This document shows, piece by piece, positions 1 through 14,154 of a stretch of 64,000 bases of DNA (positions are counted from its first letter, which is position 1; each line of letters begins with the position of its first letter). The stretch is taken from contig OZ037771.1 in the NCBI GenBank assembly GCA_964035545.1, positions 15,533,289 to 15,597,288 of the forward strand. Direction: 5' to 3'. The notes under the pieces were generated by a model that had not been told where the DNA came from, made no database searches, and saw nothing but the letters and a program-made list of their open reading frames with translations. The stretch is from Bugula neritina (Eukaryota > Animalia > Bryozoa). The translations under genes were made by a program, and so were the position numbers.

Positions 1-117
1 AGCTGTAGTAGTGTGTACTGTAGTAGCTGTAGTAGCTGTAGTAGCTGTAGTAGTTGTAGTAGCTGTAGTAGCTGTAGTAGCTGTAGTAGCTGTAGTAGCT
101 GTAGTAGCTGTAGTAGC
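1..117. repeat. 9-bp tandem repeat (AGCTGTAGT)n
   Basis: Directly visible. Confidence 0.95.
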
Positions 118-232
118 GACACGCGGAGTAGAGACAGAGTTAACAGACTAAAAGGCAGGCACTAGTGACTAACAACGTCCACAAGGTTAAACCAATGTCA
201 CACAACAACTGCACAACTACCAAACCTCTTAC

Positions 233-3200
233 ACTGTACATGGATTTGAACTCGAACTGGAGATACAAGAGAAACAATCAATAGTAAGTTAGCCACAGTG
301 AAGTACAGAGTAATGCTGCAGCCTTTCTAGTTCCGTGCAGTTTGTGTGATTAAAGAATGACAAAATAATGAGAAGAAAAGTGATAAAGTGGAAAATGTAC
401 AAAACAAGTGATCTAACTAACCGTTGGCAAACTTAGAGGCGTAGATCTGAAACGTCTCATCGTATATTTCGTCGGTGGTGGCGCAGCAAAGAAGGGGCCA
501 GAGTTTGGTTCTGGCGGCGTGGTCTATGGACAGCTGGTTGTTCCTCAGTATGAACTTGATTCGGGTCTTTTCATGAGCCTTCACCATGTTGGAGATGACA
601 TCTAGGGTGATGCTGTGGAGTAGATTATATAGAAATAGTAGATATGAGTATAGTGAGTATAGAGAGAGTATATTATAGAGAGAGAGTATAGAGTATAGAT
701 ATGAGTATAGAGAGAGTATATTATATAGAGTGTATATTATATAGAGAGAGTATAGAGTATAGATATGAGTATAGAGAGAGTATATTATATGGAGAGTATA
801 TTATATAGAGAGAGTATAGAGTATAGATATGAGTATAGAGAGAGTATATTATATGGAGAGTATATTATATAGAGAGAGTATAGAGTATAGATATGAGTAT
901 AGAGAGAGTATATTATATGGAGAGTATATTATATAGAGAGAGTATAGAGTATAGATATGAGTATAGAGAGAGTATATTATATGGAGAGTATATTATATAG
1001 AGAGAGCCGATAAGATAAATTATGCCAAGAATGATTGAATTTAGTCGAGGTAGACTTGGAATGACAAATTAATTTCTACTTAAATATAAGAAATAATCTG
1101 CTTCACTAGATTGTATGCAAATATGAGGTAAGAAACCAGAGAGAGACAGATGAGAAGAGAGACAGATGAGAGAGACAGATGAGAAGAGAGACAGATGAGA
1201 GTCCACACTGGAATGGTATGGAGGGTACACTCTCAAGTTCTGTGAATATATGAATACTAATTAGTATCTGTAGTAGATCACAGCTGGAGGTATATAGTGT
1301 ACTGTAAGTATATAGTATACAGTAAGTATATATCTACAGTAAGTATATAGTATCCCAACTGGTGACAATATATTTATTCAACTTGTCATAAGAATGTATT
1401 TTGGCAGTAGAACTCAACCCACTGCTTCTTCTGCCAGCAACTCAGAGCGTTTTGTCACTTTTTATAAAACATTAGCATAAACCAACACCAATAAGTAGCA
1501 GCATAGTCAATTGGTACAGTACATGTGTCACGTACTGTGTATGTATAGAAAGGTAAGTACTGTGTATGTATAGAAAGGTAAGTACTGTGTATGTATAGAA
1601 AGGTAAGTACTGTGTATGTATAGAAAGGTAAGTACTGTGTATGTATAGAAAGGTAAGTACTGTGTATGTATAGAAAGGTAAGTACTGTGTATATATAGAA
1701 AGGTAAGTACTGTGTATGTATAGAAAGGTAAGTACTGTGTATGTATAGAAAGGTAAGTACTGTGTATGTATAGAAAGGTAAGTACTGTGTATGTATAGAA
1801 AGGTAAGTACTGTGTATGTATAGAAAGGTAAGTACTGTGTATGTATAGAAAGGTAAGTACTGTGTACGTATAGAAAGATAAGTACTGTGTACGTATAGAA
1901 AGGTAAGTACTGTGTACGTATAGAAAGGTAAGTACTGTGTACGTATAGAAAGGTAAGTACTGTGTACGTATAGAAAGGTAAGTACTGTGTATGTATAGAA
2001 AGGTAAGTACTGTGTATGTATAGAAAGGTAAGTACTGTGTACGTATAGAAAGATAAGTACTGTGTACGTATAGAAAGGTAAGTACTGTGTACGTATAGAA
2101 AGGTAAGTACTGTGTATGTATCTACCACTGGAAGGGTATACTTAGGCCTATACTTAGGTATACTTATACTGATGTTACGTGATGTTACATGATGTTACCA
2201 TGATGTAATAGATTGCACCATACACCATGGTAACTAAATACGCTGGGTTTTCTATTCTCTAGAGTAAACTAAATCTAATAATAGGTTAGTCTCGGGCTAT
2301 AAATAGTAACACTGATTTATTTCCAGAATATTCTATAGAAGTATTTCACTTTAGTTAATAAGATGCTGTGTGTATAACATTAGCTGGATAGTATAGCCTA
2401 TACTACTACATGTCTTCTACTCTACCTTATACTATATTATAATACAATATAGTATAATATAATATAATAGAATAATACAATAACAATACAATATAACTAG
2501 CTCACCTAGGTCTGTGTATAAAGGAAGTGGTATAATAAGAGTGATGTGTAAACTGTTTATCTAGAGTCTGCTCGTTCCACCCTGCCTCAGAGTTCAACAC
2601 TAACTGTTTCATGTTATGTATCTCTAACACAGGCATGTAGGTTGATATTCTGAGTTGTTATGTATGTACTGTACGTATATATAGTAAATACGTCGCTGTT
2701 ATTATAATAATATATCCTGTATTAGCAAGGCGCTGTGTAACACGCTACTGCACTCTTTACTATTACTTGTGTTATTTTAATACAGATTGTCTACGTGCCT
2801 CGATGCTCTATTGAAATAATAGGCCGAGTTGTTTATCCACACCACGTGACCACAGAGCATGACCCAATTACCGCGGAGGTTGTGAGAGGTGTGTTCGGCT
2901 GTAGCCAATGAGACACGAGGTTAGTGCCGTGTATTTGGTGTATATTCTATTGGCGGAGCAGATAGAGTGGACAGACTCGTGTGGTGTGATGAGAGGGCAG
3001 ACAACTCCGAGATGAGCGACTGCTAGGTTTATAGAGAGGGGGGTGGGTAGAGAAGGAGAATAGGAAAGAGGGAGTAGTGTAGGGGTTGGGAGGGTATGGC
3101 AGAGAAAGCCAGAGTTCCTAACAATGAACGCTTTTCATGTGACAGTAGAACTAAGGCAACTACCTTTTATACAGTTGAGTGTATTCATACTACTGCTGCT

Positions 3201-3421
3201 AATAAATACATCACTAAGGAACATAACATGGAGTAATAGTGAGTGAATATAACACCAGCAATACAAGTCACTGTGCACGTACTCTGCCTAGTAGAGTACT
3301 GTGATAATACCAGCCCTATGTGGGAGTCAGTATGAATAGGAGAAGACAACTCTATAGACTGAGAGACTAGCATACAACACACACCAATACTGAGACTGTA
3401 GCTAGAGAGTTGGACATGTAC

Positions 3422-3495
<74 letters not shown>

Positions 3496-3630
3496 GTACC
3501 TTGTATTCAGCTGAGCCTTCGTCTGTCTGTCAGAGGTCAATGGGGAGTGGAGGGAGAGGTCGAGCGTGCTCTCCAGCTGCTCCGGGTCAACATAGTCTTT
3601 GTTCATCATGCCCAGATCTAGCCGAGTCAT
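233..3630 (-). CDS. TBC1D24: TBC1D24/skywalker-like Rab-GAP, 5' coding exons (gene continues off the left edge)
   Basis: Exons 3630-3500 (MTRLDLG...AQLNT, phase 2) and 612-422 (SITLDVISNMVKAHEKTRIKFILRNNQLSIDHAARTKLWPLLCC...FAN) join in frame at GT-AG sites. The segment KFILRNNQLSIDHAARTKLWPLLC resembles, from memory, the start of the skywalker/TBC1D24 TBC domain (K.ILREN.W.I....R..LWP.LC). A candidate 24-nt microexon lies at 256-233. A possible upstream exon lies at ~3892-3835 and a probable first-exon donor CAG|GTAAGT at ~10231. Confidence 0.65.
640..1005. repeat. GA/TA-rich compound minisatellite next to the TBC1D24 acceptor
   Basis: Repeated GAGTATAGATATGAGTATAGAGAGAGTATATTATAT blocks. 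Confidence 0.9.
1531..2120. repeat. 25-bp minisatellite containing AAG|GTAAGT
   Basis: Unit GTACTGTGTATGTATAGAAAGGTAA, ~23 copies. Confidence 0.95.
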
Positions 3631-4217
3631 GGTAGAGGGGCAGCGGAGGAGGGGGTGGGGGAGTACGCCCCGCTAATGTTAGTGGATGTTCAGAGAGTGT
3701 AGCTAGACTAGAGTATATGTAACGAAGGGTAGCAGCAGAGACCGGGAGATAAATATGATACTTTATTATATGTAGAGTCAGGTAGATATAGAACTATCAT
3801 AGAGCGGGCGGTGAGTGAGGGCCCCGCACTTAACCTGGGATGGCTCCTGGGCTATAGTGTTCTTTGCAGAATGTAGCCAGCATGTGCATTGTCTGTAACA
3901 AACAGTACATACTTGTTAGAACACCTTAAGTAGTTCTACTTGAGTACTTCTAGAGTACATACTTGAGTACTTCTAGAGTACATACTTGAGCACTTACTTC
4001 TAGAGTACATACTTGAGTATTTCTATAGTACATACTTGAGTACTTCTAGAGTACATACTTGAGTTAGGAATGAATACAAGCAAGTCTATTAAAATACATG
4101 ATAATAGTTTAACAGGTTATACTATCTCTAGGAGTATATTAACCAACATGACAGGGAGTTGTCTGTTCTTTGATTAAACAACACATACAGTTCAGCTACG
4201 ATACCTAGGGCTAGATA

Positions 4218-4391
4218 TAGTAGTGGTACTAGTAGTAGCAGTAGCAGTAGTAGCAGTAGTAGTAGCAGTAGTAGTACTAGTAGCAGTAGTAGTAGTAGTA
4301 GTAGTAGTAGTAGCACTAGTAGTAGTAGTAGTAGTAGCAGTACTAGTAGTAGTAGCAGTAGCAGTACTAGTAGTAGTAGTAGTAGTAGTAC

Positions 4392-4426
<35 letters not shown>

Positions 4427-4490
4427 CTAGTAGTAGTAGTAGTAGTAGTGGTAGTAGTAGTGGTAGTAGTAGTATTAGTACTAGTAGTAC
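4218..4490. repeat. (AGT)n microsatellite
   Basis: Directly visible; source of the poly-T/V/L ORFs. Confidence 0.95.
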
Positions 4491-5151
4491 TAAAATCCAA
4501 AGAGCCGTTGACCCACAGAAACTGGTGAGAGATAAAAGGTCTTACAGCAACTACAGTAGGATAATAATCAATGCTTTATTTGATTATATCCTCAATGCTA
4601 ATTGCAATCAATAACTGTAGAACAGCACATTTTCCGTTACAAGTTGAAATGAGGACTGTGAAACATGACCTAAAGCAACATTCGGTTTTATTGAATCCTT
4701 CCATTTGAAGTATTTCCTAAATTTACTTATTGCCTACTAGAATATTCCTTAAGAAATAATGCAGGTGGAGTAGATGTAGAGAGAGCATAGGTAGAGAGAG
4801 GATAGGTAGAAAGAGAATAGGTAGAGAGAGAATAGGTAGAGAGAGCATAGGTAGAGAGAGAATAGGTAGAGAGAGCATAGGTAGAGTCCAGTATGGATGA
4901 CCAGTAGAAGGAGACTTGGTTATTGCACACCAACAAAGAACATGTCATTCATATTACTAACTGCTCATTCATTCTTTCCAACAAATGGCCAAAAGCTTAA
5001 TTAAAGTTTTCAGAATATTGATGATTTCTTTACATAAGATAAATAAGGTAAATATGGCAGGTGACTTGCTTACTTCAGTACAGAAATAAACAACTTTGTT
5101 TTTCCTGGCATTCTTAGTTTATAAGTCAAAACTACAATATTTTATATAAAT

Positions 5152-5447
5152 AAAAGTGATATACTTAGCATAGAAGTAATATACCTAGCATAGAAGTAAT
5201 ATACTTAGCATAGAAGTAATATACTTAGCATAAAAGTAATATACTTAGCATAGAAGTAATATACTTAGCATAGAAGTAATATACTTAGCATAGAAGTAAT
5301 ATACTTAGCATAGAAGTGATATACTTAGCATAGAAGTAATATACTTAGCATAGAAGTAATATACTTAGCATAGAAGTAATATACTTAGTATAGAAGTAAT
5401 ATACTTAGCATAGAAGTGATTTACTTAGTATAGAAGTGATATACTTG
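5152..5447. repeat. 20-bp minisatellite
   Basis: Unit ATACTTAGCATAGAAGTAAT. Confidence 0.95.
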
Positions 5448-6366
5448 ATATAAAATAACACCAGACCCAAAAGCACCTGCTTACTTGATAAAATTTAAAG
5501 GTATGAAAAGGTGTTTTCTCTCCTTGTGCTGTCTCTACATGATGCCTCCTCCAACAAGAATACGTAGAGCTAGTACTCACTCTAACATTCCCGGCAGCAA
5601 TGTATCTAAATATCTAACTCACTGCTGCCAGTTGCTATTGAACCAAAAATCAATACTATTGAAACACTTTCAACACCCTATCAAAGTGTCTTGTCACAGT
5701 TTCTGGAGGGAAAGTTCTTACCAGTGTGTCTTGTCACAGTTTCCAGTAATTGTTCTTTGGATTATCAGTCAACCACTGGCTGATAACTAAAAATAGCCTC
5801 ACTTCAAACAACAACAGAGGATTAAGTGCCGCAGTTCAAACAAATAGAGAGTCTAGTAGACTGAGAGTAGATGCAGGAGGTAAGAGAGATGGGGACGACA
5901 ACTCTATTGACATACTAGACTGATGGCTCTCAGGCTACTGAACTTTAGTCACCTTATCTTCTCTGCTAAGATATATAATACTAATACTGTAACTGTGGAG
6001 CAGCAGAGGAAATATCATCGGAAGGAAGTTGATTACTACTAACGCTACCCCATTCCACAGTCTAGTCATGTGACAGGAACACATTCCTCACCTCTGACAA
6101 ATTTACTACCATGGTAACACATTGCCACAATAATGATAAACTTTGCTAGGTCACACATCTGTTGAAGTTACACTAATCCTGTGTATATATATTATATGTA
6201 TGAATGTAGTGTTGAAAGAGGTAATGACAACAATTTATCTCACCAACAGTCTACTTACATTGTGACCACAATGGGTGGAATGTTTATTGGATCTGTGCCA
6301 AGTCTAATGGAAGGAACCCATTTATAAGCTTTACTAGCTTTAGTAAAGGCAGTTCAAAATTTTACA

Positions 6367-6755
6367 GTAGGTGAGTTGGTAGGTGAGTTGGTAGGTGAGC
6401 TGGTAGGTGAGCTGGTAGGTGAGTTGGTAGGTGAGCTGGTAGGTGAGCTGGTAGGTGAGTTAGTAGGTGAGTTGGTAGGTGAGTTGGTAGGTGAGTTAGT
6501 AGGTGAGTTGGTAGGTGAGTTGGTAGGTGAGTTGGTAGGTGAGCTGGTAGGTGAGCTGGTAGGTGAGTTGGTAGGTAAGTTGGTAGGTGAGTTGGTAGGT
6601 GAGTTGGTAGGTGAGTTGGTAGGTGAGTTAGCGGGTGAGTTAGTAGGTGAGTTGGTAGGTGAGTTAGTGGGTGAGTTGGTAGGTGAGTTAGTAGGTGAGT
6701 TAGTGGGTGAGTTGGTAGGTAAGTTGGTAGGTGAATTAGTAGGTGAGTTAGTAGG
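6367..6755. repeat. 12-bp minisatellite containing TAG|GTGAG
   Basis: Unit GTAGGTGAGTTG; source of the VGEL ORF. Confidence 0.95.
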
Positions 6756-9700
6756 CTGTGATGAAACTATTAAATAAATAGATAGGAGAAAGTTACACCT
6801 GGAACTTCACTTATAAGTTATATAATTACTAGGAGCTTTTATTATGGGAGGTTCATCAGCATTGTCAATCATTCTATAAGCAGTTAACTTATGCAAATCA
6901 GCTAATTTCTATTTCTATTCCAATAGGACTATGAAACTTGACAATGTAAAGGTTCAGATCAGCAAGTTACTAGACAGTATTGAACTATAGATCTCACTGC
7001 AGATAGACTATAGAGCTCACTGCAGATAGACTATAGAGCTCACTGCAGATAGACTATACAGCTCATTGCAGGGACAATATAACCATCTTTGGAGATTCTG
7101 TTTTAGTTGGCAGTTGGTTTTGGCAGATACTCGAAACCACAATGATGTAAGGTAAACCAGTTGTACATCTCTACTACAGCCACCACGCTATACTGAAACC
7201 CCACCCTATATTGTAGTCCCCACCCTATCTTGTAGTCCCCACCCTATCTTGTAGTCCCCACCCTACATTGTAGTCCCCACCCTATCTTGTAGCACTCACA
7301 CTATATTGTGGCCTTCACACTGTGTTGTATCTCCATTGTTCATTTAGTATGTTTTTGCAGATTTGATGAAATAGTACTACTAGGTATTGATTTTGAGATT
7401 GTCAATGTGTTCTTAAAGTTGCTAAATTGCGGAAGCTGTAGGATTTTAATCCTTATTGATGTTATTTTGCATTTTTGTGACTCTAGAAAGCTATGAGTAA
7501 TAGTAAAATGTGTTAAGCCTTAGGGCAATGTTAAGTTGGAAAGGTTAGGAGTGTATCCTCTCAAACATGGCACAGAAGTAACAGCTTATTCACATGTTCT
7601 GGTAATTGGCTGTCAGATGGAAGGTCCTGGAAGAAATGCAGTGAACCCAATACTGGCTGGTGAACAAGACTAAACCCACAACTAACACACAAAGGATACC
7701 ACATCAAGCAAAAAGAAATGAGAGCAAAAACTAGGTAGAGCAACCTCCCTCAACCACTTTACAGAGTAAGAGCGTGAGATTGGTTCACTGATACTCACCT
7801 TTCTGGTATTGTTAAGTGACCACATCAACATAATTGGCAAGTCTCATGTTTTCCTAGTCAACAACTTGTTATTTGCCAGAAAAAATGAATTAATATACCA
7901 CCCTGTATCACCAGTGCTTGACTTGAATAATATTTGTGTAGGCCGCGGCAGATCTCCCTTGATGGTAAGTATAACTAATTGGACATACTGCTGGCTGTAC
8001 TCATTAGAATGACTAGGAAGATATGCTTCAACAAATAACTAGTTGTTGAGTATAAGTAGAGGAATGAGATGGATTGATACCAGGGGATAGCTGACATACT
8101 AGAGATAACATGGTGGTAGGGGCAGCTAGTTAGGTAGAGTGGTAGGCCAACTTGCCATGCAGGTACGGCTTTCATCAACATTCTGGTTCAACAACTGAAT
8201 GCAGTTTTAAGGAGGAAAATGCTGGAACAGCACTGCTGGGTTTGCCAGTCACCAATTACTGTGAGAGATGAGAGACCATCCTAATGTTCTTATAGAATAT
8301 AGAAGGTCAGAATGGCTAGTTTTAGAGCAAGTTCAACTGAACAGGGAACCAACCAGAGTGCATGACTTGGGTACATGGGGGATAACTCCTATTTTCCAAC
8401 AAACAAATCGTAGTTATTATAGTATCAGCTATAATAAATATAAATGTTGTAAACCAAAAACTCCCTAGCACTGTTTCACAATCTATTTCTAGACGGCTAC
8501 CAGACATGATTGGTTGGCTTGACCCACTTTTTTAAACTACACACCAGCTTTACTATTACCTGGAGCTCTGGTTCACCTGTACTGACTGCTTGCATCATCA
8601 TAACAGCAGAGAACATTTAATACTAACACTTCACAGTCTACACTATTCAAATACATTTATTCTTTAAACATAGAGTGGAAATGTTTATAAACATTTGATA
8701 ACTGTTGCGATTGGCAAAGAGCCAATAGCTTTAACTAATTCCAATAGCCATAAGCATGACCAAACCAGAATGCTAATGAAATTACATTTTTTGTGAAGCG
8801 GTGTCAATATATAAGTAATACAGTGGGCACCCTACGCAATAAACTATGGTTATTTATAGTTGAAGTAGTGTAAGAGAGTTCTAGTTATTTGATAGTGACT
8901 TAGATGAGGAGTTAGATGAGAGCTATTTTATGCAGTACATCACAACTAGATAGTTATAATGGAAACTAATTAAATACTACAATTTTAACCTATTTAAAAC
9001 TTCAAACTATTCTTACTGGTATGTTTATATAATAATGTGTCTGTGAATGTTGCAATACTATACTTCAAACAAGAATGACTCTGACAATCAATATGATTTT
9101 GACTTGACTATTTACTTGCAGTTACATTTCATTTTATTCAATATCAATTATTGGTCCAATGTCCATGTTAGACTGACCATAATGATCATCAATGACAAAG
9201 TAATAGGCATACCATTATAGAACAAAACAAAAGCTCTTTAAAATAAAGCAAAACTATTAAAATAGTTATTTCATAATTAAACAATATCCAAATACTTGAA
9301 GTGATATTGGTACTTTAAATTTGCGTAGAACTGGTGATACCCATCAACTCACCTACAGATGTGGGGCATGCAATGTAAAATATCTATGCCGAAACTTTTA
9401 ATAAGATATTGACTAAAAATATCAATATGACAATGGTTAGTGAGTTGGTAATATTAAATTTTAATAATAATAATAATAATAGCTATAAGTATAATGAATA
9501 ATGATACTGATAGCATTACAAATTTAATCTTAAACCAAGTATTAGTATATATTCTAATGTTGATACTCAGACTGCACTACTTCAATATTAGTATTACTAT
9601 TACTATTAGTATTAGACTTATTTATTATCTAATTGTAATAGTAATACTAATATTTATACTAAAATTATGGCAACATTAAAACAAAATGTATAATTATAAG

Positions 9701-11190
9701 TATTGCAAATACTAATACTAATACTAATAGTAATACTAATAGTAATACAGTAATACCAATGGCAATACTAATAGTATTAATACTAATACAGTATTACTAA
9801 TTCAATTGTATTAGTAATAATCTATAAGTATAAGTAATAACTATAACTATAAGTATAAGACTTGTACTTGTAGTTGTAACTTATAACTATAACACTAACA
9901 GTATGAGTATAACTTCATCAATATGAATAATTTGAATATCATTATGATTATCATTATCATTATGATATTGATTATCACTTGATTATGATTAAGTTAAAGT
10001 TATGATTAACACTAACAGTCCAACAGTAACAGACTGAGAGTCAAACCCGCCTGCAAATGCTAAATTTAAACTCTAAAGTTAAACTTAATTATAATAATAA
10101 TTATAGTATAAGTATGAAATGCGAAATATTTTAATAGTATTAATTATTAGTAAATTCAATATTATAACCCAACGATTGAACGAATCTCGAGGTCAATCTC
10201 AATCCGAGCCTGGTCCCTGAGGAAAACTTACCTGAATTAGTAACAATATGTATAAATAATTTTGAGTCTTCAGCAGTTTTCAATTTCTACAAACAATTAA
10301 TACTAAACTTTGCATGAGATTTTAACTAAAAAATAGAAATTGCAAGCGTTGATTTCAGCTTTGCCTTTGGACATTCATATTGATAATTGATACGACATTA
10401 GCTTATGCCGACGGAAACGTTCTGAAGATCGTGACAAAATGAAACCGCCACTTGTAAAAAAGAGTCACGCGCTTTGTAGTTATGTTTTACAGATTCGATA
10501 CTTTATGGCGGGGGTCCTAGACGTCCTATACGACATAAAACGCTTGTTTGTGTTACTAACTTTTAGTAGACCGCATATAGTACCAATGTACAAGTTTTCA
10601 AAACCAATTAACTTCCGATACGCACTGCGTCTGATTATAGTCGGAAAAATAACTCTTAAATACTTTATGCCTCCATGTATACATTGTCATTGTGGTGGTA
10701 TCTGCTTTTATTAATTCTTAGAGAGAATAACTTTGAAGAAGTTTTAGACAATATAATTTTCTATATTTTGCTTCCTTTGTATTCATAAAAAATAAAACTT
10801 ATATAAATGCCGCACATAAATATTTTAGATAATTCAATCCAATAAGTGGGAAAAGCAATGATACTGTGTGTAAAGAAATACAGTGCTTACTTTGTGCTGG
10901 GTGAACTAAATAAATGAATAATAAATGTAAAATAAAACACACTCAGTGCACTGGTCACTTGGTGAAAGCATGCATCAGGTCTAGCTTGGCTGATCTTGTA
11001 TCTCATAATAATAATAATATGCAGTTCATGTAACTTAGAGAAAAGTATTAGTCTTACTTCTTAACCCATTATATCAAAACACTGCGGGCTATTGCACCGG
11101 CACACCTGTGCAACGTTCCTATAAGAAATGAGAGGTGATACTACATCATTGGAAAGTTTGTGCAGCTTTATGTGACAACTAGTGAACAAT

Positions 11191-12523
11191 TTAAGCTGAT
11201 GGGACTGAGGTTACATATTCTGTGCGTCTCCTAGGCTCTGTAATACAACGCACTTCAATTTCATTGATTCCAAGGAAACTGTTGAATTCAGGAGCAACAA
11301 TCACAATGTATTTCCCCAACATCGGCCTTATGCACTTCAGATCATCAGAACCTGTTGCACTCAAGTTGTGGACATCGGCGCATAGAGCTCCCCGCCCCAA
11401 CACCGAGTCTGCGTATGTTTCTGCTGCTGAGGCTTCTGGCAACTCGTCTTCCCTCATCAATACTCTGATCATAATCCTCATCTCACCACATATTTCCTGG
11501 TAGGACAACTCTGCAAGTCAAGACAACTCTACATTCAAGTCAAGACAACTCTACATTCAAGTCAAAACAACTCTGCATTCAAGTCAAGACAACTCTACAA
11601 GTCAAGACAACTCTACATTCAAGTCAAGACAACTCTACAAGTCAAGACAACTCTACATTCAAGTCAAGACAACTCTGCAAGTATTCCAAATGGCTTCCGG
11701 TCATCGATATGTAACTTACTGTTTATTTTGAGGTTAGACACCCAGTAAGTTGACTTACCGTGTATTTTGAGGCTAAACACCCAGTAAGTGTGCGGCAGCG
11801 TCAGCAAGAACCAGGGAGACTCCTCAAAGTCAGTAAAAGTGAACCATGATTTATCCCCGTCCAGAATGATTTCACCAGGTCTGGAGTGGCTCCAGTTGAA
11901 GGAGGAAGATTTGGTAACATTTACATCTAGCCATAGCATATTAGTATAATAATATAATAATATAATAATATAATATATAATAGTATAACAATGTAACAGT
12001 ATACGATATAATAATACAATAGTAATATTACAATGCGGTGAATGAACTCACTTTGACCAACCAAATTATCCTGAACATTAGCCATTTCTAAATCACTAGA
12101 GTGGGAAACCTTGAGGGAGGCTCTTGGCGCCACCCCACTTAAGTCAGGAAGAAAATATGGAACAGAGGACATGAGGCACGTCTGCTCCTCTTCGTGGTAT
12201 GACATGGCGGCACATGATTGGTTGACGGAGCAGAGACTTAGACACTGACTGTAAGTGAGTTGAGTTCTGTTATAGTCATAGGTGAAGAGATCCGTGTAGA
12301 GTTTTTGGGTGTAGCCATTGAGTTCTGTAACCAAGTGTAAGTATATAGTGTAAGTATATAGTGTAAGTGTTGTATAGTGTAAGTATATTGGTGTAAGTGT
12401 GTAGGTGTAAGTACATTGGTGCAAGTATATGATCTACAGTAGCTTACCACAGGTCTGTGCAGAGAGGAGAGCACACAGAGCTTGTAGAGAGAAGAGCTGC
12501 AGAGTGAACTTGGTACGACACAT
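11191..12523 (-). CDS. Secreted protein: signal peptide + PAN/Apple domain + F5/8 type C (F-type-lectin-like, galactose-binding-like) domain
   Basis: Exons 12523-12448 (MCRTKFTLQLFSLQALCALLSAQTC, signal peptide-like), 12324-12052 (CLSLCSVNQSCAAMSYHEEEQTCLMS, PAN-type Cys spacing), 11926-11759 (ILDGD...TDFEESPWFLLTLPHTYWVFSLKI) and 11510-11191 (...GKYIVIV...FLGINEIEVRC...). All introns are phase 1, GT-AG, and the frame is continuous. Confidence 0.75.
11505..11682 (-). repeat. Tandem array of the acceptor junction of the PAN/F5-8 gene last exon
   Basis: Repeated ...YAG|AGTTGTC units of 16-22 bp. Confidence 0.9.
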
Positions 12524-13658
12524 CACTACAGTGGTATAACTTCCTCTCTCCTTGTTCAGCATATGATCTCACTGTGCTGTCAATTCACTATGTGATGAAA
12601 TTATGCAATGCATCAGTTTCAAATATTAAATATTTATCACCTCATGATGTGTTTCGTTGAAATATTATTACCCAGAGGGGCGGCAAATGCACTGGCAAAC
12701 TTTTAGTTGCTTATTGATTTTGTTCTGTGTGTGTTGAAGCTGATGCCATCTCATTACAGGTGATATCAGTAAATTGCCAGCCACCACATGTCATTACATG
12801 CTAGCACATGTCACTACATGCTAGCACATGTCACTACATGCTAACACATATCACTATATGCCACCACATGTCACTACATGCTATCTCAGGCTGACAGGTG
12901 TCTCATGTACACTATGCAATATTTTATTATATTAGTTGCAAATTCATGGAACTAAAAGTTTCATGCTATAGCTATACTATTATAATACACAGTATTATAT
13001 CACATTATATTATATTACAATATATTATGTTGACACAAAAAGCTATACACAGAGATTTCAGTTGCTGTTTAACATATTATGCTATGTCTTTAGAAAATCG
13101 GGCAGCAATTGCTAGTAAAAGGACAATTTCATTGTCAAACATTTATCCGCTGTTAGCTGTCGCATATTAACCTTCATCTTGGAAGTCGGCCGCAGGTTAG
13201 ATTTCTACATAATACTAGAAATAGCTTGTGAGGAGAGAATTTCAGGTGATATTGTGAAGTTAACAGCAGTTGACATGTAGCAGCAGGTGTCAGCTAACAG
13301 CAGTTGACATGCAGCAGCAGGTGTCAGCTAACAACAGTTGACATGCAGCAGCAGGTGTCAGCTAACAGCAAGTGACAGCTAGCAGCAGGTGACAGTCAGT
13401 TAAACTGATGTCAGCTTATAAAGTAGTAATATTACATCATACGGTGGCTAGGTAAAGTCAATGTGGCGTACATACACCTAATAATATGATTATACCAAGA
13501 CTATGTAGAGGCTGTTGCAGATGGTTGATGAAGGAAAACTATTGATCGTATAAGAAAATGCAAGAAAATAAATAAGTTACTCTAATTACAGTTTTGGTGT
13601 TCTAGAGCTGTCGGACTGCGTAACGTCAGCTGCTGTTTCTACTGACTCTCTTGTAAAC

Positions 13659-14154
13659 ATGGTATACGTAAGTGTGTTCAGTGTCCATATGCATTTTGTT
13701 TATTTTATACATGTTTTATTATATTATATACTGTATTCTATATGCTATACTATATGCTATACTATATTATATTATATATTGTATTATATATAATATTATA
13801 TACTATATTATATTGTATATAATATTATATACTATATTATATTGTATATAATATTATATACTATATTATATTATATATTATATTATATACTATATCATCT
13901 ACCATCAGCTGGAAGGCCGCTGCTACTGTCATCAAATTACTAATGAGTATCTGTCTAACAAAGAAGAGCAGAAGAATGTTCCAGAAGAAACCGTCTCCAC
14001 AACAGTCATCTGTATCAGAGGATGGCTAGCCAAATGTTTGATTGACAACAAATACAAGTGTCCAGTAATAATGCTCGTAACATTGCTGTGTGTAGGAGTG
14101 TTGCTCTATCTCAGATTCTCATTGGTTAAACGTGAAAACACTCTTGATTGTTGA
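13659..14154 (+). CDS. Putative 84-aa microprotein with a C-terminal transmembrane segment
   Basis: taaacATGG (strong Kozak), then ATG GTA TAC|GTAAGT donor at 13668 and catcag| acceptor at 13908. An 81-codon open exon follows and ends ...PVIMLVTLLCVGVLLYLRFSLVKRENTLDC*. It is absent from the ORF track because the ATG is in the upstream exon. Confidence 0.5.

Noticed and set aside
1472-6777. ORFs 1472-2128, 4128-4528 and 6376-6777
   Set aside because: Pure tandem-repeat translations in the intronic or upstream region of the TBC1D24-like gene.
9420-10140. AT-rich triplet-periodic stretch (AAT/ACT/AGT) and ORF 9494-9679
   Set aside because: Looks like a decayed trinucleotide repeat; no coherent protein or splice structure.
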